The position numbers and the translations under genes are program-made. From Epiperipatus broadwayi (taxonomy: Eukaryota; Animalia; Onychophora): 64,000 nucleotides of DNA. Positions 40,159 to 53,149 of the stretch are shown in pieces. A model generated the notes under the pieces. The model did no database searches. It was not told the origin of the DNA and was given only the letters and a program-made list of their open reading frames with translations. The stretch is taken from assembly GCA_028023455.1 (NCBI GenBank), contig JAQFVV010000001.1, positions 7,440,001-7,504,000 on the forward strand, written 5' to 3'. Position 1 is the first letter of the stretch, and each line of letters opens with the position of its first letter.

Positions 40159-41892
40159 CTATTTAAATTGTAGTTTACTGAACATTTTCATTTTTGCATC
40201 TCATAAAAAACTTGACCATCCCATTTCTCCTCGAATCGCCTCCTTTGCTTACCACACATCTGCATTTAATCATGTCTTCCTACTTTTCTTTTACTTTTTC
40301 TAAGTAATCTAATACCCCTTTACTAACACATAACATATTGTTACCATAAATTAATCCTGTTACGGCCACTCCCTTCCATACAAATATTGCTACATCATAT
40401 TTATTATATAAAAACACTGTCAATTTCTTTATCAATCTCTTTATTTTCTTTGCTTTATTTATCAATTTTTCTCCCATTCATCCCAGAAATTCCTCTACTT
40501 ATTTAAGATGCTTCCCAAATTTATACCTATTCATCTCATTTTACTTTATATCCCACAACAAAAATTCCTAATCTTCTCTTTCCCTAGCATTTATCATCAT
40601 TACTTTCGATTTTTCTTCACTAAATTTAATCCCCATCTCTTTACCCATTCTTGTGCACATCTTTGGCATAACTTCCATAACTTTTCTACTTTCTGTACCC
40701 AAGAAGATATCATCAACAAATAAGATCTGATAATATATACATTTCATTGTCATCTACTAATGCTATCTCTCTTCCTAGTCTTTCTATTGCTCTCTCTATT
40801 TCTCTCAAATATAACAAAAACAAAATAGGTGACACAGGGTATCCTTGCCTTAGTCCCACCCCATTTTTAATTTTAAAGCTATATTTCCTAATTGATACGT
40901 ATAGTAATTGTTTTCATACAATCTTTTAATAAGTCTCACTAAAGCTCCATTCATTCCTAAATTTACTAAACTTACCGATTAATCTATTTCTAGCTACTCT
41001 AACATATGCCTTTTATAAAACCCATGTATAACTGCCTGCCTATATTCTTACTTATATCTATAAGTGATGTGATTACAAATAACCTATATTCTATATGCCT
41101 ATCCATTCTAAAACCAGTATTTGGAGATTGTTTGGTGGTTCCCCTCATATATCTAAAAAAAATCTCTGAGCATTTACTAAATGATTATCATATTAAGTTT
41201 ATTTACTATGGCTTTTTTAAACTTTTTATTTTTAAAATGGAAAAACTTCAAAATTAAATTAAAAAAATATTAGTTGAGTAAATATCTTAACTAATAGTAA
41301 AAGTCTTACAACCATGAAAATTTTAATACCTATATAATTTTATGGAGATTATAGAAAGTTTTATGGATATCCAATCTACATGCAGTAGGTTATATTATTA
41401 AAATTTAATAGGAATGACTTTTTTTTTGTTGTTGCAATTAGTTAGTTCATTTACAGTATAATTGTAGGTTGTCAATGAGCAGCCATGAGCCTTATTTGAT
41501 AATACAAAGTATATTAAATAAGTTGCAAAAATCATTAAAAAAAAAAAAAAGATTAAATGAATAGTACACCTGATTCTATAAATGCAAAGTGATAACTCTT
41601 AGAAAGTTATCATAAGTGAACCAATTAGTGAAAAGATGTCAAATCTATAAATGGCATCAGAAAGTTGATGAAATACTATATGCCCTAAATATTATTATTA
41701 TTATTTTTTTAATATTCACTATGAATTATTACCTTTCTTTCTTTCTTGATTTGGCAAACTACTGCTAAATTGATCAAACAAATATTCTTTTTTTATTTGA
41801 TTTGTTTTTTTTTTTTAAAAAAAAAATTAATAATTTTAATAAGTATATAATTAAATCAAGTTATTAATATTAATAAATATGTAAAAAAATAC

Positions 41893-42678
41893 CTTTCCAA
41901 TTCATTACATGCTTCATTAAATTGCTCTTGAACTTCTGTTTTAGAATGCTCTATCTGAGAAAGTAAAGCTTGTTGATCTCTGCAGATACCCAGCATACTG
42001 TCTAATTCTTCAGATGTTTTTGTCAGTCTAATTTCTAAATTAGAATGGTTATTATATTTATCATCAAGTTCATCACATTTAGTTTGCAATTCTTGAATTT
42101 TTCCTTCTTGCTCTAGAATCACAGATTCTTGTATATTACTTTTTGTTTCCAATTCATCGGACTTATTCTGCAATTTCATTTCAACAGATTGGGCTATTTC
42201 TAATTTTTGAAGAAGTTGCTTATTTAAGGAAGTTAATTCCAAAAGCATTTGCTTCTGATTGTTAGATTTCTGTTGCAGTTCTTCTGCTATTGATTGAAAT
42301 TTGCTTTGATCAGCCAGTTCAAAATTGAGTTGAATTATCTGCTGATTTTGACTACAGTTCTGCTGTTCCAACTTGTCAATTAAATTTTTAGCTTTGTTAT
42401 AATCTGTAACTATAGTATCTAGTTCTTGATTCAAATCTTTAATTTTTATATTTATATTAGAGATTACTTGATCTTGACCATTATTTTTAACATTTAGTTC
42501 TTCTATGCTCTTAATGTTTATAGAATTTTGCAACTTTAATTCTTCACAAGCTTCTTCCAGCATACTTATAACTGTTTCTTGTTTATGGCAAATATGTAAA
42601 ATACTATCAAAATCACTTTGTAATTTTAGACTTCTTTCAGTTAAATTACTGGCACTTGTTTTTAAATCAATGTTTATT
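41893..42678 (-). CDS. HMMR: HMMR large coiled-coil exon (786 nt)
   Basis: AG acceptor 42680/42679, GT donor 41892/41891, phase 2/2. Contains ORF 41856-42563 with a heptad-rich E/Q/K/L sequence. Confidence 0.9.
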
Positions 42679-44249
42679 CTATAAAATAAAAAGTTAAAAA
42701 AGAGATTTGATGAAAAAAATCTTTCACAAATATTCTAAAAAATCAAATCATTACAAATTTTTATAAATTATTGAGCTACATAATCTAAAAATGTAAATAC
42801 AGACATTTTAAATTCATTTAAAGCAAAGCTAAATGCCTGAAGTAAAACAATAAACTATTTTCTTGTTCTTTAGTTTTAATTTCAATATTTATATAACAAT
42901 AGAAAAAATACTATATAGAGATTGCATCTGCAAACTTTTCAGAAATAAAATACATGCTAACCAAAAAGCAGCAACTTTGAATAGATAAATCAAAAGAATT
43001 AGATATCTTTCATGTAATATGAAATTAGTATTTGTCATATCATTACATAATAATCCAATATTTGTAAATAAATATTTGCAACTAAAGTGTTGAATTAGTT
43101 AAGGTCAAAATAAAATTCTGAATACGAGAAAATATAAAATTTCACATGCTAAAAAATCACAGTAATGCAACTAATATTAAGCATTCCAAACAAATTATCA
43201 ATTTTGAATCTTTAGTTACTTAATATTTTTTCTAGTCATTTAATTATTCAAATCATGTTTTGAATAATTAAGTACTGCAAAAACTAGCTTTTTAAAAATA
43301 ACTTTATTAGTTGGGTGGCAGTGTCTTTTATAGAAAATAAAATCTTGGCCAAAGCTTCTCAGAACTAAATTTTTATAGGCTACAACATTAAAAATCTAAG
43401 TTTAACATTGCATAATCTTTTACTTGGTTTGCCTGAAGTTCTTAATATTAAGTAAATTATTATGATTTTTTCATGCATGTAATTCGATTATATTTTCCAG
43501 CATTCAAACTTTTCTCATTTTAAATACATTTGCTTTAACAAATAAACCATGATGATTGCAAATACCTATCACGAACATAACTTCTGGATTATTATATATC
43601 TGGAAAGTACAAATTATTTAAATATATGACAAAAGATTGTTTTTACTTAATACTACTGATTTATCTTTACACAACCAAGTAATTTGTTTTTATTTGGAAG
43701 TAAAATTTATGTATCTAATTAAACATTTGTATTGTATATCTAATTATTTTGATTATAAATTTAAATATTATGATAATTCTTTTTTTGAAAAGGCATATCC
43801 ATCACAAGAACTACTAAAAAAGTATTTAAAATGTTGTGATTTATAGCAATTCAAGAAAATCTTTCATATAAACTTATACATTTTCAGATTTCAAAATATA
43901 ATCTTTTACATGAGAAAATTGTAGCATTATGTGCTTCATTTTAAAAAAAATATATCTGCCCTATATTAGGTATATCCTTATTCAATGATGATGCATAACA
44001 TGATATGGTTGTTAAAATGAGACTATATATTATCATGATTAATAGTAGTATCTACATTTCCACATTGTTCATTATAGGTTTTAAAAGTGTGCAATTCTAA
44101 ACAATCCCAATTATCAGGTAGTTTTTACAGAATCTGATTAAAGACTGAACTATTTTACTAGCATTCCACCAATTCCAAATATTGCATGTCATTCCAGCTA
44201 TTTTAGCATTACTTTCATAAACATTAATAAAAATGTGTTTAAGTAGCCC

Positions 44250-45600
44250 TAGACCACGATAATATAATAATCATTAAAATAAACAGAAAGATCTAGAAGT
44301 TGCCATATTGTCAAACTATATTTGGTAAAAACAAATAATTTAGGCAAGAAAATAATTACCTGCCTTATCATGCCTCTGATTCTTTGTGTTATCAATCTTC
44401 TGGAAGTGAAAATATACTACATGTTTAAAATTCTTTATATTTTCCACATTAAAGGAAATATGTTCAAAGTTTCTAAAAAATTAATTGATTAGAAAAAAGA
44501 AACAAGAACCTGATAATAACTTTCATCAATTTAAAGTTAAGCTTTTAAATAAAATTAATTACATTTAAAATATTCAAGTCTTTCTATAGTTGGTAATGAA
44601 TGTTTGTGCCTAATGAGATCTTGTTTGATATTTAGCAAAATGAATTTATTTATTATAAGATCCTTGTCTTTATATGAAGATAATTACATAAGTATAGTTA
44701 ATAATTCCAACTATGAAGAGTGAACTTTTCTTTTAAAAGATATAAAATTTGTTATACCATTACGAATCAACATTATCATAGACACTGCGAAAATCTAACT
44801 TGACACAGATCTCAAAGAATGATGGTTCATGGAATATTTACAATTTGCTTGCATCTCAAGCAAAAACAAAATCATTGTAAAAACTTGCCAGTCCCCCCCT
44901 CCCCCCCAATAGTAAATTTTTAATTAAGAACAAATGGATGACTTTATTTGGCCAATAAAATATTCATTTATATTTTAAAAAACGAACTTCAATCAGTTTT
45001 TAAAGGGTCAACAAATTTATAAACAATTTTATGTTTGATACTGAAATCAGAAACAGATACTAGATATTTGGTAATCATGAAGTTTAACACATAATGAAAG
45101 TAAATATAAATAATTAATCAAAAAGTTTAAGATCACATTAAAGAGCTATAAATATTAACAGAATTTCTATTATTTCCCAATATAAAGTCTTCAGGTCATG
45201 GAAGCCAACAAATTTAATCCTATTTATCCAATCATATCATATTTAACTAGTTTCAACAGTTAAACTCTAACAATCTGGACAGTAACATAATAGAAAACTC
45301 CCTATCCCATAATATTATTCAATTTCCCCAAAACTGTCTATTAATAAAATATTTTAGTTCGATATTAATCTTCCATAATTTTAACCTCAACTTATTTTCT
45401 CTCAATTTCTAATTTACTATCAAAATAACAATCATATATAGGAATGAATTTAACATGCATCCATGAAAAAAAGGTATGATTCAGAATAATAGTTGAAGAT
45501 TCTACGTATTCATGTCATCCAAATAAAATTAATATTTTTATGGTAAATTTTAGCAAACATGTTATTTATTTAATGATGGCAATATCAAAATGGCATCAAT
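44250..45600 (-). mobile_element. Decayed hAT transposase
   Basis: DRIKFVGFHD (ERFLGF-like) near 45200 and a frameshifted FS.SRRLIT..IRGM..Q (ERSFSxLRRLKTYLRSTM dimerisation motif) near 44360-44420. Confidence 0.5.
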
Positions 45601-48600
45601 TTCTTAATAATATTATTAATAATTTTCTAATTTATAGTTATACAGTTTAATAAGACTAGTAAATAAATTAAAAAAAAAAAGGCCTCTTTTCCTCCATTAA
45701 GTACACAAAAAAAAAATTGCGTCTAAATTAAGTTTATAATAAATAGTAATAATAAGCATGTAGATTTTTTTTTATTTACCTATTTTTTGCAAATATTCTT
45801 TTAGTATTTGTAAATGGAATAGCAAAAATGTAAAAAAAAAATTTAAAATAAGTTAAACGATATAATAATGTATGTATATATATATATTATAACAGTATGA
45901 ACTCTGCAGTGATGGAAAACCATCATCAACCCCAAGTCAAAATATAGAATTGAATGTAAGCAGAAATGTTAATGAATATAATGAGCACAAAAGATCATGA
46001 AATGAGCCTGACAGATCAGCACAGAACTAACTATAAGTTTATCAGCATTAAACAAAAGTAATAATCATTCACGAATGATCAAGAATAAAAATAAAACAAG
46101 TCAAACTTGTGACTGGATTTGAAATGAATCTATCATAGACCAGGATAATTATTTAGTTCTTGCCAAACTTAGAGCAGGTTATTCAAACAATAAATGCACA
46201 AACTTAAGTGCTAATTCACAAGAATATACCAATTAAAAAAATAATACTGTGATACTAAAATATGCTGATTATCATCAATGCCCTGGCCATATAGCACCAT
46301 TAATGTACTGGCCAACTATAAACTTAATTTCTAAATAAATAAAATGTAGTGTATGGACTTTAATGAATCTTCCTTTGTGCCAATCCAGGATCATCTGGAT
46401 GTCCAAAAACACTAAATATAAACTTTTACATATATGCACATATATATTTTTATTAAAATAGCATATATGTTATTTAAAATAAAAAAGTTTTTGAAATGGA
46501 ATTTTAAGTTTTTTGAAATCAATTAAATCGAGATTAAAAAAGAAAAATCTTGCAAGTTTTTTTTATATAGAAGTTTGTCTTTTGTTTTATATCTAATTCT
46601 TAGAAAGTCTTGTTTTTAATTCTTAATGATAGAAGGGAAAAGAAAAAAAAAGAAAATATAGATTTTTGCTGCAATTAGCTCTATTGTTGAAACTTTGATA
46701 GTGGAGATATTTTTGTGCTATCTATTACGCTTATCAATTTGGAATGTTTCCACAGGATTATAAGCAAAATATTACCAAAAAAGGACATATATTAAAGGTG
46801 TGAACCCAGACTTTGAGGATTAAAAACACTATAAATTATGGAATTGCCTTTTTATTTAAATTAATTAGAATTTTGCTAAAAATAATGATTGATAGACTGG
46901 TTTTTGATTCGGCTCAAACTCATCGACAATTTAAAACCTGCAAAGCTAAATTAAATAATATTTTAAAAGTGCAATGAATATGTTAAATGGCTAAGAAGTA
47001 CAGAACTTTTCCCTCGGGGAACTGCTTTTACCGACATCACCTGGAACTGTCATTGGAAATGCCAATCTTGCATAAGAACATGTATAACTAGACGAGAAAA
47101 ATGATTAAAATGGAAATAACAGACAATCTTTGGATGAAAGAAACCTTATTACCATGGAATGAATCAATACACTGATGGATCAGGGTAACTAAACTTTTTA
47201 TTACAAGAAGCATATGTATAATAACATAACAGAATTTTGAAAAGCCTTCACTTCAAATAGATAAGTTTCAACAATAGAAGGGGTTTTTATGCATTTTCTA
47301 ATTATGTATATTGCACTAATTTAAATTAAGCAACATTATATTTTTTTTGTTTGTTTATTTTATTTATTAACCTTACCTTTCCTTCCTATTATTGTTATAC
47401 TAGTAGTGTGTATCTACATAAAAATTGTATACTCGATCTAAGGGGATATAAAAATAAAAAGGGGGTTCCAGTGAGTACTAGAATAGAGTTTAATATTTGC
47501 AAGAGAGGGCTTGAGTGTTGCTATCAAGCACACCCTTATAGTAAGTCATCCTTGAGTTCACTCTTAGTCTGTTTAGACCATAATTATTGGTAATTTTCTA
47601 TACATTTGGATAAAGTGACAGTGCATGTTCCTTTGAGAATGATTTGTTAAATCACTATTAGTAAGAAATAGATTGGGATGGTTTGATTAAATAAATGCGA
47701 GTGAAAGGAATAAGAAGGGAGAAAGATAGTATAATAAATATTTCAACATTGATCAAGTGTCTATTGATTTCATTATTATTTAACTAGTTAAGTATTGTAT
47801 TCATCTTATAGAATTCAAGTCCAATATAGATTATTTTAAAATTACATTCGGTGATTGTTGTTTGTAAACAAATAAATAACCATGGTTGCAGAAATCTTCG
47901 CAACCTGGTTCCAAGCGAAAAAGCTTGGTGGCGCCCTCGCTCGGCCACCTTATTTTATAATTTTTATAAAAAAAAATATGGTCTGCAAAATATTGTGACA
48001 CAGCATGAATCCAGCTCAGTGAGCAAAAGTTTTATAACTGTTACTGTGAGCAAGAGATATCATACAATGTATAATAAGTTATATTTTAGGATGAAATAAA
48101 TTCATTGAGATAATTTAAACAATGAAATATAAATTTATTAATTAGAAACAATAAATGAATTAAGGTCCGCAGAGTATGCTACAAATATAAATTCAGCATT
48201 CTGATTTTGATTAATACAAAAACAATAAGTTATCACATTTTAATGTCACACATATATGATTGTTTTCATATACATATGTGGATACCCATGGAAATGTGTG
48301 AACACACTGGTGTTTATATCATATATACTAAAAATATATTTTTCACGAGGCACAATTAACCAAAAGACTGTTTTTTATGAGGCTCCTCGTAGACATCTGA
48401 CGTCACTTTAACTCTGCCAGTTCTTATGCTAAAAAATTCGTTTGATAGGTTTTGAATAGGTTTTTAAAAGTTCTGTAAGATGGTGCCCTCTTCCGACTTA
48501 TTTTACAAGTAAAAAATAAAAAAAACGCATTTAAACCTAAACAAAGAAACAACATCGGTTGTAATTGGTTGTTAGTGAGATCTCAGCCGAAAAAGACATT

Positions 48601-51146
48601 CTGATTGGCTGGAAAAAACAAAGAAACCGCCTGATCAAAGAAAATAAAGAAAAATGCTGAGATTTTCATTTCGAATGCAATTCTAAGTATTAAAAAAATA
48701 TAATTTCAGAAATTAAACTAGTTTTTTTAAAAAAAAACTAAAAAAACAAAATTATTTTCGAAAAATATTGAAGATTTTAGTAAAAATATTAAAGAAATAT
48801 TTAAAAGAAATATTTACTTTTCTATAACGTAAAAGTCGACCTTTTTGTTTATATTATAGCTTTTATGTTGCCGAAATTGAATATTTTAGAATAAATAAAT
48901 AGCAATTTATTTTTGAAAGAACTTTCGTTCTCTTCATAACCTGAAAAATTAGTAATATACTTTTTATAAACGTATCTGAGTTGAATTTAATATTATAGGC
49001 GAATATGTTTTAACAATAGGCTTTGTCTTCAGTTTGTGAGTTGGCCAATTAAAAGATTTGATTTTTACCTCATACAACCAATAATATAATTAGCGGTTAA
49101 AAGGTTAATTCCATGTTATAAATATACATAAAATTCACATATACATGTGTATATAAAAAGAAAATATACAGTATGAATCAAAGTTAATTCTAATGGTAAA
49201 AAAAAAGTTTTTCTTTCTACTTTTTTTTAAAAAAAAAATTACTTCTTTGACAGTCCATAAAAATTTTCATTTTTTTTCTTTTCAGGTTACCCTTAATGAA
49301 TTGTAAACCTCTTTAAAAATATTTTAGCAAGTTCTTTTTTTCAATATAGAAATATTTTTTGAGTTTTCCTTTTTTAATAATATATATTGGAAACATATCT
49401 TACTTTTAGTTGAATAATTTATAACAAAAATTATTTACTTTCAAATCTTATAATTTAAAGATTTTAACTGCAAATATCTTTAAAACAATGTCATTATTTA
49501 AAATAATATCATTCTCAATTTATAGCACTTTCTATTCACCAGCTGTCCTTTGTATATATCTGACACAGTACCTTATCTGTGCTTCTCTGCATATAAATAA
49601 AACATTATAAATATAGGCTACTTTGGCAAGCTGATGGAATCTCTTTGGTAAGCTGGTCCCTTTTAATACTGGCTTATTGTCATCTTTGGGAAAGGTATAA
49701 TGTGGTAACTGTTGCCATACATGCTGTCAGCTCTATTTAGACTAGAGTTTGAGACTCAAGCATACTGGCTACTACACAATATATATGAGCTAATGAACCA
49801 TAGAAAAGCTGGCCCTGGCCTCCATATGAATCAAAAACTCCTCCATCATAGCACTAGCAGGATACCCGTCTCTTGCCTTCAGTTATCATGCTGTAATCTT
49901 TTTTCCAACCATTTTATAGTCAGGGTGGAATTTTAAAAAAACCCTACAATAATTAAAAGCTTCCTTTATCTTGATTGAAAAAGTTAATGATTCTTTTCAA
50001 TTCACCGTAATCCTTTCATAACTTTGTAGGATTTTTATCAAAATGTTATAAAAGCTTTAATTAAAAAAATTTCTTTAATCAAAAAATATAGTGGAATTTT
50101 ATAATTACAAGATAATCTATTGCAAGATAAACATGCTTGATTTAATTTCAAAATCAGAATTAGTAAAATATTATTAGCCTTTTAAAAAATGTTTAATTTA
50201 TAATAAATTTTTTTAAATTCAAAATTATTTAATCCTTAATTGTTACTTCAGTATAATATAGAAAATATCTATAAAATTTTTTTAGTTTGTTTATTTCTAC
50301 TTTTCCTTTCAACTTTATATATATATACACGCACACACACCACTATGTTGTTTTATGCCATGAGACATATAATCGTCTCAATATATATATTGTTATAATT
50401 TAGTGATATGAAAAAGATATCAATTATAGCTATATTTTAAAATATAACTATATGTATAAAGATTAACGGTTTTTTTAAAGAAGCCTTAAAAGGGGGGGAG
50501 GGAGGTTAATTTAAAATTATAATTAAAATTAAGAATCGCCCAATTTAAATATAAATAATATATTAAATCAATATAAAGATCACATTTGTGTTAAATCAAT
50601 TTAATAACTTTTATATATAATTGATGTAATATATATGAAAATATGTATAGACAATTTATATATCACTGTAATTTAAAATATTGGTACTTATATGTAGTAT
50701 GCACTTATACTCTGGAAAAGATTTGTTATATAGTCAAAACTGTCACTTAGATTAAGGAATTGAATAAAAATATTGCAACATTTTGAATGTGTGTTTAAAA
50801 TATTACTATTTATATTCAAATTAATATAATAAATGCAGAAAAGGTAGTAGATGAAAAGTGATATTTCATATATTATAAACATAGAAAATAGCCAAGTAGT
50901 AACTGCTGAGTTATCAAAAGCACAATCAGAAGTTTAGAAAGTTGCCACATCATATATATATATATATATTTAAAAAAAGAGGTCATGTTAAAGGATATAA
51001 TTATACAAAGATATGCAATACTTGAAGCACTGTCAATTCCTTTTTAAAAGATATTAAGTACAAAAGTAAACAGTTCTAATTTAAATATATAAATAACTAG
51101 TCAGGTTCCAAAAAATTCTGAATAATATATATATGTGTATATTAAC

Positions 51147-51263
51147 TGTTCAGATTGTTCCAATTGTTCTTTTAAAAGAGCTACTTCTGCTTCAGCTTCA
51201 AAGACATTTTGCTTTTCCTTCTCTAATTCAATTTTTGATGTTTCAATGTATATATCAGTCAGT
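51147..51263 (-). CDS. HMMR: HMMR exon, coiled coil
   Basis: 117 nt, phase 2/2, KLTDIYIETSKIELEKEK...LEQSE. Confidence 0.85.
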
Positions 51264-51384
51264 CTAAAGAAAAAGAATATGGATTATTAGCTTTAGTAAT
51301 ATGAATTGGAGATAAAAAATAAAATTAAATTTCATTCCAACATGCAATATGTAAATTAATTGGTTAGGAATATTTTTAGCTTAC

Positions 51385-51471
51385 TTTATTTCTTCCTCCA
51401 ATTTCTTCACATGATTGTTGGCATTTTTAACAGTCATCTCACTTTCATGTAAATATTTAGATAAAGATTCT
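51385..51471 (-). CDS. HMMR: HMMR exon, coiled coil
   Basis: 87 nt, phase 2/2, AG/GTAAGC, KESLSKYLHESE...KKLEEEI. Confidence 0.87.
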
Positions 51472-51999
51472 CTAAAAATTATGTTTATTAAAATTCAAAC
51501 AAAATATAAGTCAAAAATAAATAATAATAACTAGCATTTCATAAAACTAACCACTATTTTTTAAAAAATATTTTATTTTTAAATAATAACTTTTTTTTTA
51601 CAAGATTATATGTTGACTTGAATTCACAGTTAACACAAAATACTGACTAAAGCTAAAAATGACCATTTAACTTATATCAAGGCCTTATCAGATAGGTCAG
51701 TCATCAATATTATATACTTCACTCTTATTAAAATTTTCAACTGTGCTACAATTTAATGTTATAGATATCCTTGTGTTTTGTTTGTATTAATTTTCAATAA
51801 TAATGTTAGATTTGACTTGGTAAATAAATTCTATGAAAAACAAATATTTTACAATGGGAAGATTTTAGAAAGGATCAAACCAATGTAAATAACTCAAAAG
51901 AAAAAACAATTAAATGATAAAAAATGTTAAAAGTTAATATAAAGCATGAAAATTGAATTTATATCTTTTATAGATCAACATTTTAACCAAGAAAATTGT

Positions 52000-52800
52000 A
52001 GTTATAAACTTCTTATTCTATTAAATCAAAGATTTTCACGGACTACAAAAATAAATAAAATGTTATCCAGGTACATCCATGTATATTTTAATAAACAAAT
52101 ACAGATGTACCCAGATAACATTTCATTTATAAACTTCTTATTCATTATTACAATCTTTATTTTCTCCTTATGTAAAAAAAACATTGAAAATAATTTGTCT
52201 TTTTCTTGCTTTGATAATTCTTGTAACATTTTCAGAAGTTATACAACATTATTTAAAAAAAAAAAATTATATTAACTGCAAAATCTTAAGATTTATTTTT
52301 ATTTCCAAAGTTTCCCATTTTAATCTACAACCTGTAAAACTATTATATGTTTTGAGAATATAATATCACCCTTATAGTATGCTCTTATGAAAGTTAATCT
52401 TGGTGCCACAGGGTAATTTAATCACTGCTGATGCACTTTGATAAATATTCTGCAAAGTTTATACCTTGATGTTCCAAAGCTTTGGTCATTGCAGAAATAT
52501 TTCTAAAATCAAATACCTTTTCATAATTTACAAATCCAAAACAAAATGGTAAAACATACCATTTCTACAATTTGTCTCAAAATTTGTTTAGAATTATTAT
52601 TAAAAATGTCTTTTTGCAGTTAAAATTTCTTCATGTAAATAGAATGAATGAATGACAGTTGTGGCCCATCCTGTAAGTAGCAAAGATTAGCTTAGGAAAA
52701 TAAATTCTCCACATAAAAAACAGACTTCATTTAGATGAACTCCTGTTAAAAACAGTAAAAAAAGAAAATTCATAATAAAGCTATTAACATGACCTCTGAC
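52000..52800 (-). mobile_element. RTE-clade RT relic
   Basis: FV(D)YEKVFD, KALEHQGI, LQNIYQSASAVIKL, then MLQELSK...KIVIMNK...YTWMYL (ORF 52026-52229). Confidence 0.7.
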
Positions 52801-53149
52801 AATATTAAGAAGGATAGTCATGCCAGGACTACAGAAGTGTGACTCTTAAACTCAAAATAAAAAAAAACAAAACATTATATAATGTTGGCAATAATGGAAC
52901 ATCTCAAGAGCCAGATATAAGATTTACAGAGTGATCTCTTCACCTAGAAAACATAATAAAATTACTTCAACTTAACATTTGAGGATATATTAAAATCAAA
53001 AATGCAGTTTATATAAATTAATTGATCAGTCAGCATTGATATTAGTTGCATTTTAGGAGATTCATCTTCTAATAATGTATATTCAAAATTCGTGGATTAA
53101 CCATAATTATTGATAAAATGTATTTAAATATCATATGGCTACTTTTATG

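Larger units (their letters stand above)
38960..41160 (-). mobile_element. 5'-truncated RTE-X-like LINE (RT to C-terminus), interrupted by a retrozyme insertion
   Basis: QTGFR, VGLRQGYPVSPILFLLYL, LFVDD, MGIKFSEEKSKVM, VWKGVAVTGLIYGN motifs on the minus strand (ORFs 40568-40753, 40280-40477). Confidence 0.85.
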
